A stretch of 64,000 nucleotides of DNA from Octopus sinensis (taxonomy: Eukaryota). Where the stretch lies: contig NC_042998.1 of the NCBI RefSeq assembly GCF_006345805.1, positions 139,066,001 through 139,130,000 of the forward strand, in the 5' to 3' direction. Shown in pieces: positions 27,071 to 40,806 of the stretch. Positions within the stretch are counted from its first letter, which is position 1, and the number at the start of each line of letters is the position of its first letter. The position numbers and the translations under genes are program-made. The notes beneath the pieces were generated by a model that ran no database searches, was not told where the DNA came from, and saw only the letters and a list, made by a program, of their open reading frames with translations.

Positions 27071-29186
27071 CCTCCCTTTCATTTACCTGAAGGTAGCATG
27101 AAGTTTAAAACTGTAATTGCTCAGTTGTCATGATTGGATAAGATCTAGAGTTATTTATAACTCCACTTTTACATTACAATTAAACTGAATATGTTTCAAG
27201 CATGTATTTTAAACAAACAAATAAACCTTGACACATTTTTGTTCACAAAACATTAAGCTGTTTTTGCCCAACATCACTTGCAAATATGTAATGTTCATAG
27301 ACACGGAAAAATAATAGTTGAAAAATTGATTTTCAGAAAAGAGTTTGTTTGAGATGCATTTTGGGGGGAACATACAGTTTAAGAATTACCATTTGAAAGA
27401 AAATAATTTTCAAACTAATGTTTCAAAAGTATTTTTTTTTATAAATATAGGTATTTATAAAATTATTTGTATTTCAGTTTAAATTTATATGTGTATTTTA
27501 TACTAGTTTAATAACTCAAGTATTAAATTTAACTACTCACATTTTGAGAGCTCATACTTAACTAATCCATATATATGATGACGTGCCCTTAAGTACAATT
27601 GCGAGCCATTCAGTACAGTAACAACATGTTCTATATATGAAGAAGATGTCTTCTTTTCTCCCTTTATCTTCCACCCATGGCCTAAACACTTCACATTAGA
27701 ATTGCACTGTCTTTTTTTTTTTTTGGTTTTGTTTTGTAGTAGAAACCACAAAACATCCTCTAATGAGGACCTGACAATCAAGTCACCATCTTTAGAAGTA
27801 GGGCACTGTCACTACACATCTCAAGGAAACTATATCTTGTGGAACTTCCATTACATATATGACCATAATCATCAGTCTCTGGATATTACTGCCTTGACTC
27901 TTAGGACTCATAGGACTGACTATCTGGTTTCTGTGGCATATAAGTGATCAAGGTCACAACAATCTTCCTAAATGGGACACCAGTCTGTTGCAGTGAACTG
28001 AGGCAAAGAGAAATGGAGTGATTTTGCTCTAGAATATAATGCACTGCTAAGTCCAGGAATTGAAACCAAAATCTAGTAATCATGAGTGCAACACTCTAAT
28101 CTGCTAGGCCATGAACAACATGCAGTTAAAGTACTATAAATATTAGGCCTCACAATATCTGACCATCTGATATAGTGACCTGACACATAACATTGCCAAA
28201 TCTATATTGCAATGTTTAGGGTTAGAAAATGTTCAGGGCTCGAAAATACTTCAGATCCGATCCATTTGTTGATTTTCTGTAAAACTCAAATGTGACCCAT
28301 CCACATTAGAAAACAGCTCACATATATAGAACAGAAGTGACACTATACCTTTGAATGGTGTGGAGTCACTCACCATCATTTTCATATCTCTTGTCCATAG
28401 ACATTCAGTCTCCTTGCTTTGAACCAAACATTCAAAAAAGAATAATTCTAGATCAGAATGAAGACATAAATGTCATTATATCTATTTGACAAACTTCCAT
28501 TCACTAACATACCACAACCACCAACAGTAGATGTAGTGTTTTGTCTCTGCGTCTTCTACAACTACTACAAGTCTATGTGCTCTGCTAGGCTAATCTGATA
28601 CACCTTTCTCTCTTCCTCTTGTCGTTTGTACAGTCCTTACCCATTCTTTAATCCTCCTAAGCACTTCTTCCTAATCCTTTGTCATAGCATTAATCTTCTA
28701 GAACTTTCTCCTCATCATTTTTTTTTCCTGCTCACATCTATCAATAGTCTGAGAACACCCACAATAGTTATGAGCATTGCACCTCTTCCTCTGAGTAATT
28801 AATATAAAAAAAAAATACATGGCTTGTGCCAAGAGCAGAATATTGTAACAAAGTTGAGATTAAAGTGATAATTTTATTTCTTGCAATATATTAATTGTTC
28901 TTTCAATTAAACTGACTTTCTTATTCCAGATTGTTGCTGTACTTCTATTTTTAGTACCAGGGCTGGTGGCACCTTACTTTTTTTTTTTTTCTCCAACAAT
29001 ATAAACTTGATTTTTATTGTCAGGAATCAATAAATGTTTTTTTTTTTAAATCTTTTAAGTTGTTGTTGTTATTATATTATTATTATTATTATTATTATTT
29101 GTCCTTTATCCACCTCTTACTGATGCCAGGTTTCCTGATATTAGTTTACAAATGTTTCTCCAGTTCTGCTTTTTGTGTTATTCCAG

Positions 29187-29249
29187 ACAACTCCTGTATC
29201 AGAACAAGCCCCAACCCTTAGCAGAAGTAGAGGAATGTCTACAGAAGCT
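29187..29249 (+). CDS. TOM1L2: TOM1-family linker exon: TTPVSEQAPTLSRSRGMSTEA
   Basis: Acceptor ttgtgttattccag, donor gtaagt; 63 nt, phase 0-0, open frame. The linker is poorly conserved, so support comes from splice signals and frame only. Confidence 0.75.
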
Positions 29250-29894
29250 GTAAGTCGGTTCCAAAGTTACTCTGAGCTTAATATATATATAAACCCTTGA
29301 CACGCATGGGCTCCAGTTTTTAAAAAAGAAAAAAAAACGGATCCTAACAAATTGAAAGAAGCACTTAAATTTGTTTATTATCTGTAAATAAAGCAGGCTT
29401 GCATAACGTCCAACTGCATGGCTTTGGTTCGACTATATTGGCTTCATTAATTGCCTGACTGTGCTGTGAAAAACTCAAGGCGTTCTTCATATCAACTGTA
29501 ACTCACTTCTGTGTTGCTTTCATCCATAGTTCCCACCAACCTATCAAAATGGATGGAGCTTAGATATTTATACATATATAAATATATATATACATGATAT
29601 CTGTATATTTTCTAGTTATTTGTCTATATGGAAAAAGCTAAAGAAGAGAAATGTGACTGATTGTTGTCTAGCTCTAATTGTTGTCTAGCCAATCAGTATA
29701 ATGCTAATATGTTCCTAACTATATTTACTTTTGCTTAAAGCTTTTTTTCAATGTTATTTTGTTTATTTGTTTCTCTCTCTCTTTTTTTTTTAATATTCAA
29801 CCCTTTTATAGTTGGTCAAGCTAGAGGCTGATATAATCTCCCACACTTTTAATCAATGGTGAATGATATCAGTTTGAATGGTAGTGTCATTTTT

Positions 29895-30298
29895 TAGGTT
29901 AAGGAGTTTGCTTCCCAGCCATGTAGTTTCAGGTTCAGTTCTCCTGAGTGGCACTTTGAGCAAATGTCTTCTACTATAGCTATGGACCAATCATAGACTT
30001 GTGAGTGGATTTGATAGATGGAAACTGAGAGGAGCCTCTCATATTTCTAATGTGTGTGTGTGTGTGGGGGGGGGGGGTCTTTGTCTTGACATCATATAAT
30101 GAGTGCCACCATCATACAAACAGTGTCCTTCGTTTGTAATCTTCCAGGAAAACATCTCTGGCAATGAGGAAATACTACCTTGCTTGGAAACACATAAGAG
30201 TTGGCAACAAGGAAGGCAGTCAGCCATTGAAAATCTGTCTCAATTTCTGTCAGACCTTCTGCAAGCATAGAAAATTGGACATTAAAGAAATGATGATT
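29895..30298 (+). mobile_element. SINE with the dominant tRNA-derived head and an RTE-like (GAT)n tail
   Basis: Head shared with 2539-2870. The tail GGAAGGC...GAAAATCTG...GCAAGCAT.GAAAA.TGGACATTAAA..TGATGAT resembles the 3' end of the RTE at 18232. Confidence 0.7.
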
Positions 30299-33200
30299 AA
30301 AGTCTCATTTTTAATATCAGTACAAAGAACTTTGGTATAGGGGTTGATTTTTTCTTTATTTCAACTGTTGCCTACCTTCCTCCATATACTTTATGGAGGA
30401 AACAGACATGACAGATAAGCATCTTACTAGCTGGGGGCTGCCCAACTTGAAACAGGTGATAGCTGATCAATGTAACCAAAAAGTCCACCCATGATGCCTT
30501 CTCTGTCAATTCAGGCAAGGATTTTAACTTGTGACTCCTACTCCTATATCAGTGCCATACTATTTATGTACAGATGGAGTGTTCATTCTATTAATTGGAT
30601 GTTGTTGTAGCTATAATATTACTTTCATCTGGGTGGTGTAATATGAAATACATGGTTGTTTGTTGTGCAACCTCTCTTGATCATACTCCAACGGAATGAG
30701 AGAATCATCATCATCATCATCGTTTAGCATCTGCTTTCCATGCTAGCATGGGTTGGATGGTTCAACTGGGGTCTGGGAAGCCAGAAGGCTGCACCAGGCC
30801 CAGTCTGATCTGGCAATGTTTCTACGGCTGGATGCCCTTCCTAACGCCGCAAGACTGTATAGGGTTCTAGAGGATAGCTCAGAAAGAGCCTTTTCTACTC
30901 ACATGGTGATCTGCAAAGGGTATCAGAGCTTAAGAGATTATTATTTGGTATCTCTGGTTCATCAGATGGACCCACCTAGGGAAATTTGAGCTATTTTATA
31001 ATGATGGAGAGAAGTACCAATTCTCTTTATAGGCTTGCAGCCAATTCATACTTGCTTATTTGATATTTGCAAGTACCCCTAATATCTTGGGGCCATCCCA
31101 TAGTTCATCACTTGTAGATGTGCTGAACCAGAGTTGGTTGCCCCTTCTTGAGATAACCAATTCTATTTTGTTTCTCTTGTAGGAAAAAGTATAAACTGGA
31201 AAAGATACCATACGGTGGTGATTTGTTAACAGACTGAATGTTTACTGCTTAGTGTCATCATTGTACATCTAGAGTTCAAAATTGATTTTACTTTTCATCG
31301 ATCTGAAATCAATAAAATATATTACCAATAATATACTGCTATTCATAATATTCAGTTGATTCAATTCCATTACTTTCCTTTCAAAAATGATTTTGTGCTT
31401 GGTCCAGAGAACTTACTCATAATATGTATAAATTGCTAAGCTAAAATTATTTTCATTATCAAATAATTTCTGAAGCTGCAAAGTAAAATGTAAGCATAAG
31501 GACACCCGAATTGCTTTTTAAAGAAGATATTCATAAAGCTATTAATTTTTACCAAATATAAAAGGGTTGTTTTGTTGTTTTTGTTTTTTTTTAGCCTGAG
31601 CATATAAGCTGCACACTTTCTTTTACTGAGCACTAATGGCAAACTTTTTTTCCTTTATAGACAAGAAAACAACAACAAAATAGCAACTAATGTATTTTTT
31701 TTATTGATGGATGCACATATTGTTCTCCTAATATTTGAATGCATTGTTAACTTGACATACAGGCAAGAATTACTTAGGACTATCCTTTTAAAAGTTGTGT
31801 TGAAGAAATCATATTCTTAAAACACAAGTTAAATCATTTTAATACTCTTTTAACTATTTGGCCATAATTTTAGAAATGAAGGAGCTGTTGGTTGTATTCA
31901 TCTCATCTCTAGTAGCCCACAGCAATAGTCAGCTCCCAACTTCAAGCTATGAATTTCATTCTCTTTTAGAAATTGAAACCTTGTGATGTAAGATCTAAAT
32001 CTTACAACAATATGCCTTCAGACTGTGATTGAACAATGAAATAGTACTCATTGTATGGTAAAGTATACATTGTGGCCTCTCATCGAACTAATACATAACA
32101 TATGTATGAGGATACAAAACCATTTGGGTATTTCCTACTACATTATAATGTCTGTTCAAGCAGAGCTGACTGTACACATTCAACAATAGCATTAAATCAT
32201 AACCTGAATATTAAAAAATTTATTTCTTCACCTGCATTTTATTATTGTTACTGGTTATACACTTGTCAGTTTGACATATATTGTTTCATAAAGGTATGTA
32301 GTACTCACTTGTCTCTTTCTCACCTCTTAAAAATGCTTTTCTTTACTTTCTAACCTGACCACATTACAAACTGTACATGCAATCCTCATTTAAAACCCAC
32401 TGTTCTGTTGATAGAATTTCCCTGCCACATCTTCCCCACACACAGTATCCATCAGTTTGTTCTTCAAGATTCACATTAATTGCACCAATATCACATGCTG
32501 TAGCACTTCATTTACAAGCAATATCTCACCTTATACAAGTCTGTGTTAATGTTCTAGATATTGTTATAAAATTTTAAAACTGATATTGTATAATACAGTC
32601 TTCTCAGTTACCATATATATGTTATGTTGCTCACCTTGGAGAATAAAACAAATGCTTTCTTTGCAGTTTTCATTAATATTTTATCAATAAAAAAAAGAAA
32701 ATTATTCATTTTAGGTTTTTTATTCAGACAAGGCCAGCTGTGCAAACTCTATAGATAATGGATTTGTAATCCAAATTAGCACACATGCATCAGTACAAGT
32801 ACATATATGTGTGTACACATACACACACATCCATATGTATGTATGTTCACACACACATATTCATACATGCTGCTATATGCACGAGGAAGCAAGGAGAACT
32901 GAAGAGAAAATTCTATCAGTCAAACTGACCTAACCTGCTGCAGGTCCCAAACTATGTTTGCTAATTTTTTCTTGTTCATTTATGTCTTCTAATAACCATT
33001 ACTTCTTAATTCTGGATAATATGTAATTTCCAGGTAAAAACAAAAAAAAATTAAATATAACTTTCTAGTTTCAATATCAGTGACATAATCTTATTAAACA
33101 GACTGATGCGCTTTGTTTTTATATTTAGTTTTAACTCATCTGAATCAACTTTGAAGAAATCAATACCACTGTCTCTTCTCGGATTTATTTTAAATGACTG

Positions 33201-33545
33201 GTTTCTCTTCTCTTTGCTTGTGTTTCAATAACTCATGAGTTATGTAGAGCTTTATGCCCTAGTTACTTTAGAAAAGAGCAGATATAAACATGTATTTTAT
33301 TATTTCCTTGTGTTTCTATATGTGTGTGTTGCATTTGCTGAAGTTGTTGTTATTTTCATTTTTATTTGCTGGTTATCAGGGAATTCATATAATTTAAATT
33401 CATATCTTTTAATTGAAATGCAAATGCATCTATTACTTTTTCTTATTATCGCTGTACTTGTTTGGAAAAGTTATTCAAACGCATATGGAAACCCCAAAGT
33501 GCTTGCAGATACATACAGAATATATAAACATTGGAAATTTCTTGT

Positions 33546-33581
<36 letters not shown>

Positions 33582-35439
33582 ATATATATATATATATATA
33601 TTTATTTATTTATGTGTGTGTGTATATTTATATATATATATATCATCATCATCATTTAATGTTTGATGCTTTTAGTCAAGACATCTGGTGGCACTTTCTC
33701 GGCCTCCTATGGCAGGGCATGGTGACTGATGAGAAGCTGGAGATATGTGTTGGAGCTCACTGAACTTTTGCATCCAACATGGTATATGTGGGCAAAACCA
33801 AGTGATATGCCCATGCTGTGCAAATTGACAGTCTCTTTTTACTGCAGTGATTACTGCATTTCTTGTGCGAGCAGAGGTGTGAATGATCTAATGCTAGTTA
33901 GGTAAACAACTTGACAAAATGAAGCAGTCTTTCAGCTGACGCTTGATGCAAAAACCATCCATCAGCGAAAAGCAGATACCTAACAACCAAGTAATACATT
34001 TATATGACTTGAAGAACTTGAAGATCAAGTCTAGCGCTTAACTCCTTAGCATCCAGATTACTGTCAAATGTCTTGAATTAATCATGGCTTATTTCATAGC
34101 TTCAAGATGTTGATGGTGTGGTTGTTTATTTTTAGAATGACATTGTAGGGTAGGTGAGAGAGGTCTGGTCTGGCCACTTTGAACATAAAACAAGCAGAAG
34201 GTTTGGGCCTGATGTAGCCAGTTCATCACCTACATGGGAACCTGGTCCATTCTCAGGTCAGAAATATATTCTTAACTGTTAGGGGTGCTGAAATATTTAG
34301 CACTATGTACCTTATCCAAGGTCATTATGGAACATTCTAACATCATTACTGACTTCCCAAATCCTGCTGCATTTCACATGGAACATTTGGCCCTCGCAAA
34401 TCGTCTTGGTGTATAAGTTAACTTACCTTTTTGAGATTTGATCTGGAAAATTTGACTTGTACACAAGAAAATGTGGTGTGTGTGTGTGTGTGTGCATGCA
34501 TGCATTCTCACAATACACAGTCATATTCCTTGATTATATGTTATACTATGTGATTATATTGTTATACTATCAATTTTCTTTAATTACTATTTTATTATTT
34601 TTCCTTTTTTTTTTACTCAATTGTAAATCAAATGTAATGCATGTGTGGGTGTGCATATATTCTAGGGACAAGACAAATTTTACTCTACTCGGATTTCAGT
34701 GCAGAATGATATGGTACTGAGGTACCACTCTGGTTATCTTAATAAAGCCCAGCATTGTAATTTGCTGTTATATGCATAATACTGACTTCTGAAAACATTG
34801 TTTATTAGTTGACATTGTTTTGTTTTGTTTTGTTTTTTACCCCCAGGATAGAAAAATGTGTGTACAATAGCTGTTTTAAAAAGAGGAAGTAGATAATGAA
34901 TACCTTTCACTAAAATGAACATGATTACAATGGGAGTTAGACAGATAGGAATAGTTAATAATAATAACAGTAGCATGTACTGCAAACTACACTAGCCAAT
35001 GTATTCAGCTAAAATGAATGTGACAATTTATACAAAAGTGGAGACATTTTGATACTCATATAATGCATAGTTACTGTTATAAAACTAGTTTAACTATATA
35101 AGAACAATAATTTCATTATTTTGTGGACAATTTGAAATATTTGGTGTAGGTAATACCTACAGTTTTTTAAAATTATAAAGCCTCATTGTGCAGTGTATAC
35201 AAACACATTTTAATATATTTCTCTCTCTATGGAAAGAAGAATACTGAGATGTTTTCACTAGTTTTCTAGCTACAAATCTTTCTGTTACAAGCTTGTCTCC
35301 TTCAACCAACTCACTCATAAAGTAGGCTTGTGTGAATAGAGGGTAACAGCTGATAGCACCATGCAGTGAGGATGAGCACTAAATTATGTAGTTCTTGACA
35401 ATACAACCATACTTATGCTTTCATATATATACATATATA

Positions 35440-36652
35440 TTGGATCATCCCATAAATAATGCATTTTTTTTATACTTCTTTTAATGTAAAATATATTTTC
35501 TTTAATTTCATTTTCTGCTACACTCTTCTATCTATCTGGTAGACTTTGCAAGGCCCCTCTTCCAAAATTCACTTGTCCATGACAAAAATACACCTCCAAT
35601 ACTGTTTTGACCTCGTCTACAGAATTCATATTTTTCCCATCCAAATGATTTTGAAGTCTGCAGAATAAATGATAATCAGATGGGGCAATGTCCAGTGAAT
35701 ATAGTGGGTGGGGCATTGTTTCCCCATTCAAACTGCTCTAGCCCTTGGAATGTCATCCCCGTATGTGGCCAAGCATTATCCTGATGGAAGAACACCTTTC
35801 GTTTTGTAACAAAAAATAGTCGTTTTTCTTCTAGCATTGACTTAAGCCGCTCAAACTGCTCACAGTAGATTTCCTTTGTTATCATTTGGTTTGAGTTTAG
35901 AAGTTCAAAGTGGACTCCCTTCAAACAGATAACAACACCTTATGTTGGTGAAGACCTTCTTTGTCCTGAGGTGCCAGTGTTTCTCCTTACCCTACCTACT
36001 CCCTTTGGCGCTTGACTTTTTTTATAGAGAACCCATTTCTTGTCACCAATCACTATTCGATCCAAAAAAAGTTCATTTGTGAGACATGACAGCAAAGAAA
36101 AGCACACATTCACTCTCTACGCACGGTTGGACTTGGAAAGTTTGTGAGGAATCCAGCGACCCAATTTGCTGACTGTTTCAATGGCACGCAGGTGTTGATA
36201 AATGGTTGAATGACCAAACCCAAGCTTCTCTGGTAGTTCCTCAACAATTACAAGTTTTGCAGGATGTCCTTGTTGAGCTCTACAGATCTTCTAGGATGAG
36301 GCTTGTTTTTTAGGTTGTAGTTTCTGGCTCGGAATTTCTGGAACCATCGTTGACACTGGCTTACACTTATTATCCAGTTCCCATACACTGCATTAATATT
36401 CCTTGCACTGTTGCCTTTATTGAACTCTTAAAGCAAAATATACCGAACATGTTTTTTTGTCACTTCCATTATAGCTTTGAAAAAATAACTGTTAAAATCA
36501 AATCCCACTCTTAAAGATTTGCACTAAGAATAAGTACAAAGTAAAATTACTACCTGCTTTTGTAGCAAGTTGATACAGGTTGTTTATCTCATCCCAATCT
36601 AACCTTTAGTTCATGCAATTAAAAAAAAAATTTTATTTATGGGATGACCCAA
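35440..36652 (-). mobile_element. Third mariner family, near full-length, decayed
   Basis: TIRs TTGGATCATCCCATAAATAA / TTATTTATGGGATGACCCAA with TA duplication; ATG 36469 (MEVTKKHVRYILL*); HQDNAWPH and HPLYSLDIAPSDYHLF motifs. Confidence 0.9.
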
Positions 36653-36844
36653 TACACACATACACAAACACTCACACACACATACACACGTTGATGCATA
36701 TGTGTGCAGGTACTGGTATGACTGTGGTGAAAAAGTTCATTTCTCAACCAAATGGTTTTGAATTCAGCCTCCTTACATTACATCTTGGTCAAGTGCCTTC
36801 TATGGCACCAAGCTGACCAAAACTCTGTGAGTGAATTTGACAGA

Positions 36845-36882
<38 letters not shown>

Positions 36883-37044
36883 TTTAAGTTCGTTTACAGG
36901 AAAGTTTTGAATATGTAATCATCCCAGGAATACAGACTATGATCTTGAGAAACTTGATTTGTGGAAATGCCATGCCTGTAGCAATGCATTGAAATATTTA
37001 TAAATTCTATCCAAGGGTTATCATTAATCATCATATATATATAT

Positions 37045-37365
37045 AAATTGAGGGAACGGAGTAGGTAAACTCTAGGCTACATTTTTTTCCTAGCTAGTAG
37101 TTCCTTGGAAACAATAATTACTCAACAAGGGGTACTCTGCTAGCTATTCATCAAGCCAAAGATGCATTGTCGTTAAAGGATCCTAAATATCTCCAGCAAG
37201 TTAACTGGGGATTCCTTAACGACAATGTAATCTTCATATAACTAAGGTATCTTCAGTCTGATGAGTAGCTAGCAGAGTGCCCCTTGTTGAATAATTATTA
37301 CCTCCGAGGATCTGGTAGCTAGGAAACATGTTGCCTGGATTTTACCCGCTCCATTCCCTCAATTT
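37045..37365. repeat. Imperfect 320-bp inverted repeat (fold-back or MITE-like)
   Basis: AAATTGAGGGAACGGAG...CAACAAGGGGTACTCTGCTAGCTATTCATCA...CATTGTCGTTAA pairs with TTAACGACAATG...TGATGAGTAGCTAGCAGAGTGCCCCTTGTTG...CTCCATTCCCTCAATTT. Confidence 0.88.
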
Positions 37366-38769
37366 GGATCTGTATTCACATTCATAGTAACTTTAGTTGC
37401 TTACCATGAAGTATAAAAACCTTTTTTTTAGCTTATCAAACTTCGATATGAGAAAATCCTACAACCTTCCATGTCAATAAACTATTATTGTTCCTGAAAG
37501 TTGTTTCTATCTACCATGGACTACTTGATTCTTTCATTGTATGCACTATGTTGTGGAGCAGACAGAATATTGACTTGAAATAGTCAGTGACATTTTAGTA
37601 ATGGCAGTTGAATAGAGAAATTTGTATAGTTAAGAAATTCACTTTCCAATCACACAGCCTCTGGTTCAGCTCCACAATGCAGTACCTTGAGCAAGTGTCT
37701 TTAACTTTGACTTCAGGCCAACTATTGTCATGTGAAGGGAATTAGGAAGACAGAAAGTGGTAAAAACCCATCATTGTATCCATATGTAAATATTTAATCT
37801 CTGATGAGCTGTGACTAAAGATAGTGATGTTACCATTTTTGGATGGGCTGCAACCACTGATATTTGTTGACTTTCCTATCAATAAGTTGTTTGTTAGTTC
37901 TGCTGTTTTGAATTTCTCTGGAATAAAAAAAAATACACTTGAAAAACAGATAAGAGTTGGCAATAGGAAGTGCATCCTGCCATAAAAATTCTGCTTCAGA
38001 GTACATCTAAGTCATATTAGCATGGAAAAAAAGAAGTTGAACAAATGAAATATGTGTTTGTGTTTGTTTGAAATAAGACCAGGCACGCACTGCTGGAAGG
38101 ATTCAGTGCTGTTGATAGAGTTAAATTATATATATTGGATTGACTTGGAACTTGGAATTCAAGTTGCATCTCTTGTGACTTGTTCAATCAGTCAAGTTGA
38201 ATAAGATGTAAGAGGTGGAAACAGAAGACCCAGTTAATCCACTGTGTGTGTGTAATGATCTGAACTGTCACTATCTTCTTACACCAAACACAGATGACAA
38301 TGTTTTTATTTTATTTATTCATTTATTTCTTGTGCAACTTCAATAATCTCAGTTTCTTTCTTTTAACTATGGTGTAGCTGAGATTGTAGTGTTGAATATT
38401 AACAATCCCTTTGAAGTTTCTTCAACGAGATGTCCTCTATCTGTCAGCACCATTGCCTTTTAAGGATCTTTCATCTTCCCTTTTAAATGTTGCTGATTCC
38501 TTTTTACCCCCATCTTTGACTTCTTCCGTCACCTGAGAGTATGGTAAATATTGAACGACACTAGAATTTTTTGCATAACAACTAATTTCCTGGATGAATA
38601 TTTTCCATTCTGATGAAATAAATAATATTCCTTAATTACCACCTTCAGCAACCACACTTGGAAACCTTATTTTGTAACATTGCTAAAGTCATAAAGGGTT
38701 TACATTTTCATTTTTCAGGTTAAAAAGAGAAATTAAATATTCCAACCCTAATTTAGTTCTCATGTCAAA

Positions 38770-38777
38770 GTCTCTCT

Positions 38778-38853
<76 letters not shown>
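38770..38853. repeat. (CT)n microsatellite (others near 27020, 33550, 42786)
   Basis: Direct reading. Confidence 0.95.
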
Positions 38854-38857
<4 letters not shown>

Positions 38858-39153
38858 ACACACCAAATGTATGTAAGCTTTTGTTCTGATAACCACCGTG
38901 ACCTCATTAAATTTTTTCTGATATGTTTTTGTATTGCATTAACTTAGAATTCTTCAAACTAAATTAACTGAACTCGATTCACATGCCTCCGTCCATTGAT
39001 CCAGGATATCACATGAGCAGCTTCTCTTCCTCTTCCTCGTTTTTACATACTGCTTGAAAAAAAGAGACAGACAGGCAAACAGAGTTCATGTGTATACAAA
39101 GAATACAGGAGATATTACAGCCAGTGTATTTAGCATTTAATTGTCTGTTGCAG

Positions 39154-39366
39154 CCTACAAATACACCACCACAGCAGCAACAACAACAACAGCAACAACA
39201 GGTTCCTGTTACCATGTCTAGCGGGTCCATTATCCCAACAAATGAACAGTTGGACAAACTGAAGAGTGAACTTGATGTAGTCCAAGGAAATGTCCGTGTG
39301 ATGGGGGAAATGTTGACAGAGCTCAGCCCTTACAATGTAGACTCCTCAGATCTTGAGCTTTTGCAA
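39154..39366 (+). CDS. TOM1L2: TOM1-family exon, poly-Q linker plus N-terminal GAT: PTNTPP(Q10)VPVTMSSGSIIPTNEQLDKLKSELDVVQGNVRVMGEMLTELSPYNVDSSDLELLQ
   Basis: Acceptor ttgtctgttgcag, donor gtaagt; 213 nt, phase 0-0; resembles TOM1 [27 protein letters not shown]...DLELLQ. Confidence 0.95.
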
Positions 39367-39487
39367 GTAAGTTAACATTACAAGATTCTTCTTTTTTTTT
39401 TTTTTTTAAGAAATTATAGCAGCATGAATTATATAACTAGCTCTGAAGTACTAAGGTTCAACTACTGATGTCTTCCAGGTATTTTTT

Positions 39488-39790
39488 CATCATCATCATC
39501 ATCATCATCTGATGTCCGTTTTCCATGCTGGCATGAGTTGGACGGTTTGATTGAGGTCTGGAGAGCCAGCAGCTGCACCAGGCTCCAGTCTGATCTGGCA
39601 ATGTTTCTACAGCTGGATGCCCTTCCTAATGCCAACCACTCCGTGCTTTTTACGTGCCACTGGCACAGGAGCCAGTCAGGCGGGCCTGGCATTGATCACA
39701 TTCGGATAGTGCTTTTTACATGCCACCAGCACAGGAGCCAATTAAGGGGCACTGGCATCAGTCACATTTGGATGGTGCTTTTTTCATGCT
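39488..39790 (-). mobile_element. RTE 3'-end-derived repeat (representative; others near 9921, 14590, 22665, 26270, 30705, 47210, 50420, 55160)
   Basis: (CAT)n-GTCCGTTTTCCATGCTGGCATG...GGATGCCCTTCCTAATGCCAACCACTCC, shared with 18232-18420. Confidence 0.8.
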
Positions 39791-40069
39791 GGTTGATAAT
39801 GCTGTTTGTGCTTAGAAGGTTTTGAGGGTGATTGAGGTCTTGAATATTCTTGTGTAGGGCAGTAGTTTCAGGTATCAGGTACAATTAGCTTTGAAAGACA
39901 TAATGAGGAAACAATGCCACACAAGTTCTAGGCCTTTGAAAGATGAAAAGTACAATGGCCAGGCACATTTTCTCCAAAGATTGCAAATAAGCAACATTGC
40001 TTGTATGATAGTGTCATCTGTTTACACAGTGTGCAATGTCAAGACAGAGACACACACAAATATATGGTT

Positions 40070-40452
40070 ATCCTTTTACTTGTTTCAGTCATTTGACTAC
40101 AGCCATGCTGGAGCACCACCTTGAAGGGTTTTTAGTCAAACAAATCGACCCCAGGACTTGTTTCTTAAACTTAGTACTTATTCTATCAGTCTATTTTGTC
40201 AAACCGCTAAGTTATGGGGACATAAACACACCAACATCAGTTGTCAAACAGTGGTGGGGGGGGGACAAGCACAGACACAAACACACACACACACACATAT
40301 ATATGATGGGCTTCTTTCACTTTCTATCTACCAAATCCACTCACAAGCCTTTGGTTAGCCTGAGGCTTATAGTAGAAGACACTTGCCCAAGGTGCCACAC
40401 AGTGGGACTGAACCCAGGACCATGTGGTTGGGAAGCAAGCTTCTTACCACAC
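40070..40452 (-). mobile_element. tRNA-derived SINE, well-preserved copy of the dominant family
   Basis: Reverse complement of the 2539-2870 family, with internal (CA)n. Confidence 0.85.
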
Positions 40453-40806
40453 AAAGGAAATTCTCAAATGCAGGAAGGTTGTGAAGACAACTTAGAAAGT
40501 TGAGGAAATACTTCTTTACAACACAGAAAAAAGTGGCCATCAAGCCTTTATAGGGAATTGAATTCTGCACGTCTCAAATTCTGGATGAGTGCTCTGTATT
40601 GTTAAGTAATAAGAGATCCCTGACCACAGGTACCACCTTTTTATAATGCTAAGTAATAGTTTTTTGAATGTGAGAACATTTTGTTAAACTTATGAACACT
40701 ATGTTAGTATTCTACAGAAAATAAAAAAGAATTCTCAAATACAGGAAAGGTTGTGAAGCCAGCTTAGAAAATCAGATAAATTTGTTCAAGTTTATATATA
40801 CACACA

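Noticed and set aside
27570-27650. Box C/D snoRNA candidate (ATGATGA)
   Set aside because: No box D CTGA or terminal stem at a suitable distance.
31150-33050. Additional exons in a repeat-poor stretch with several good acceptors (about 31182, 31660, 32727)
   Set aside because: Each meets an in-frame stop within a few codons and lacks a convincing donor.
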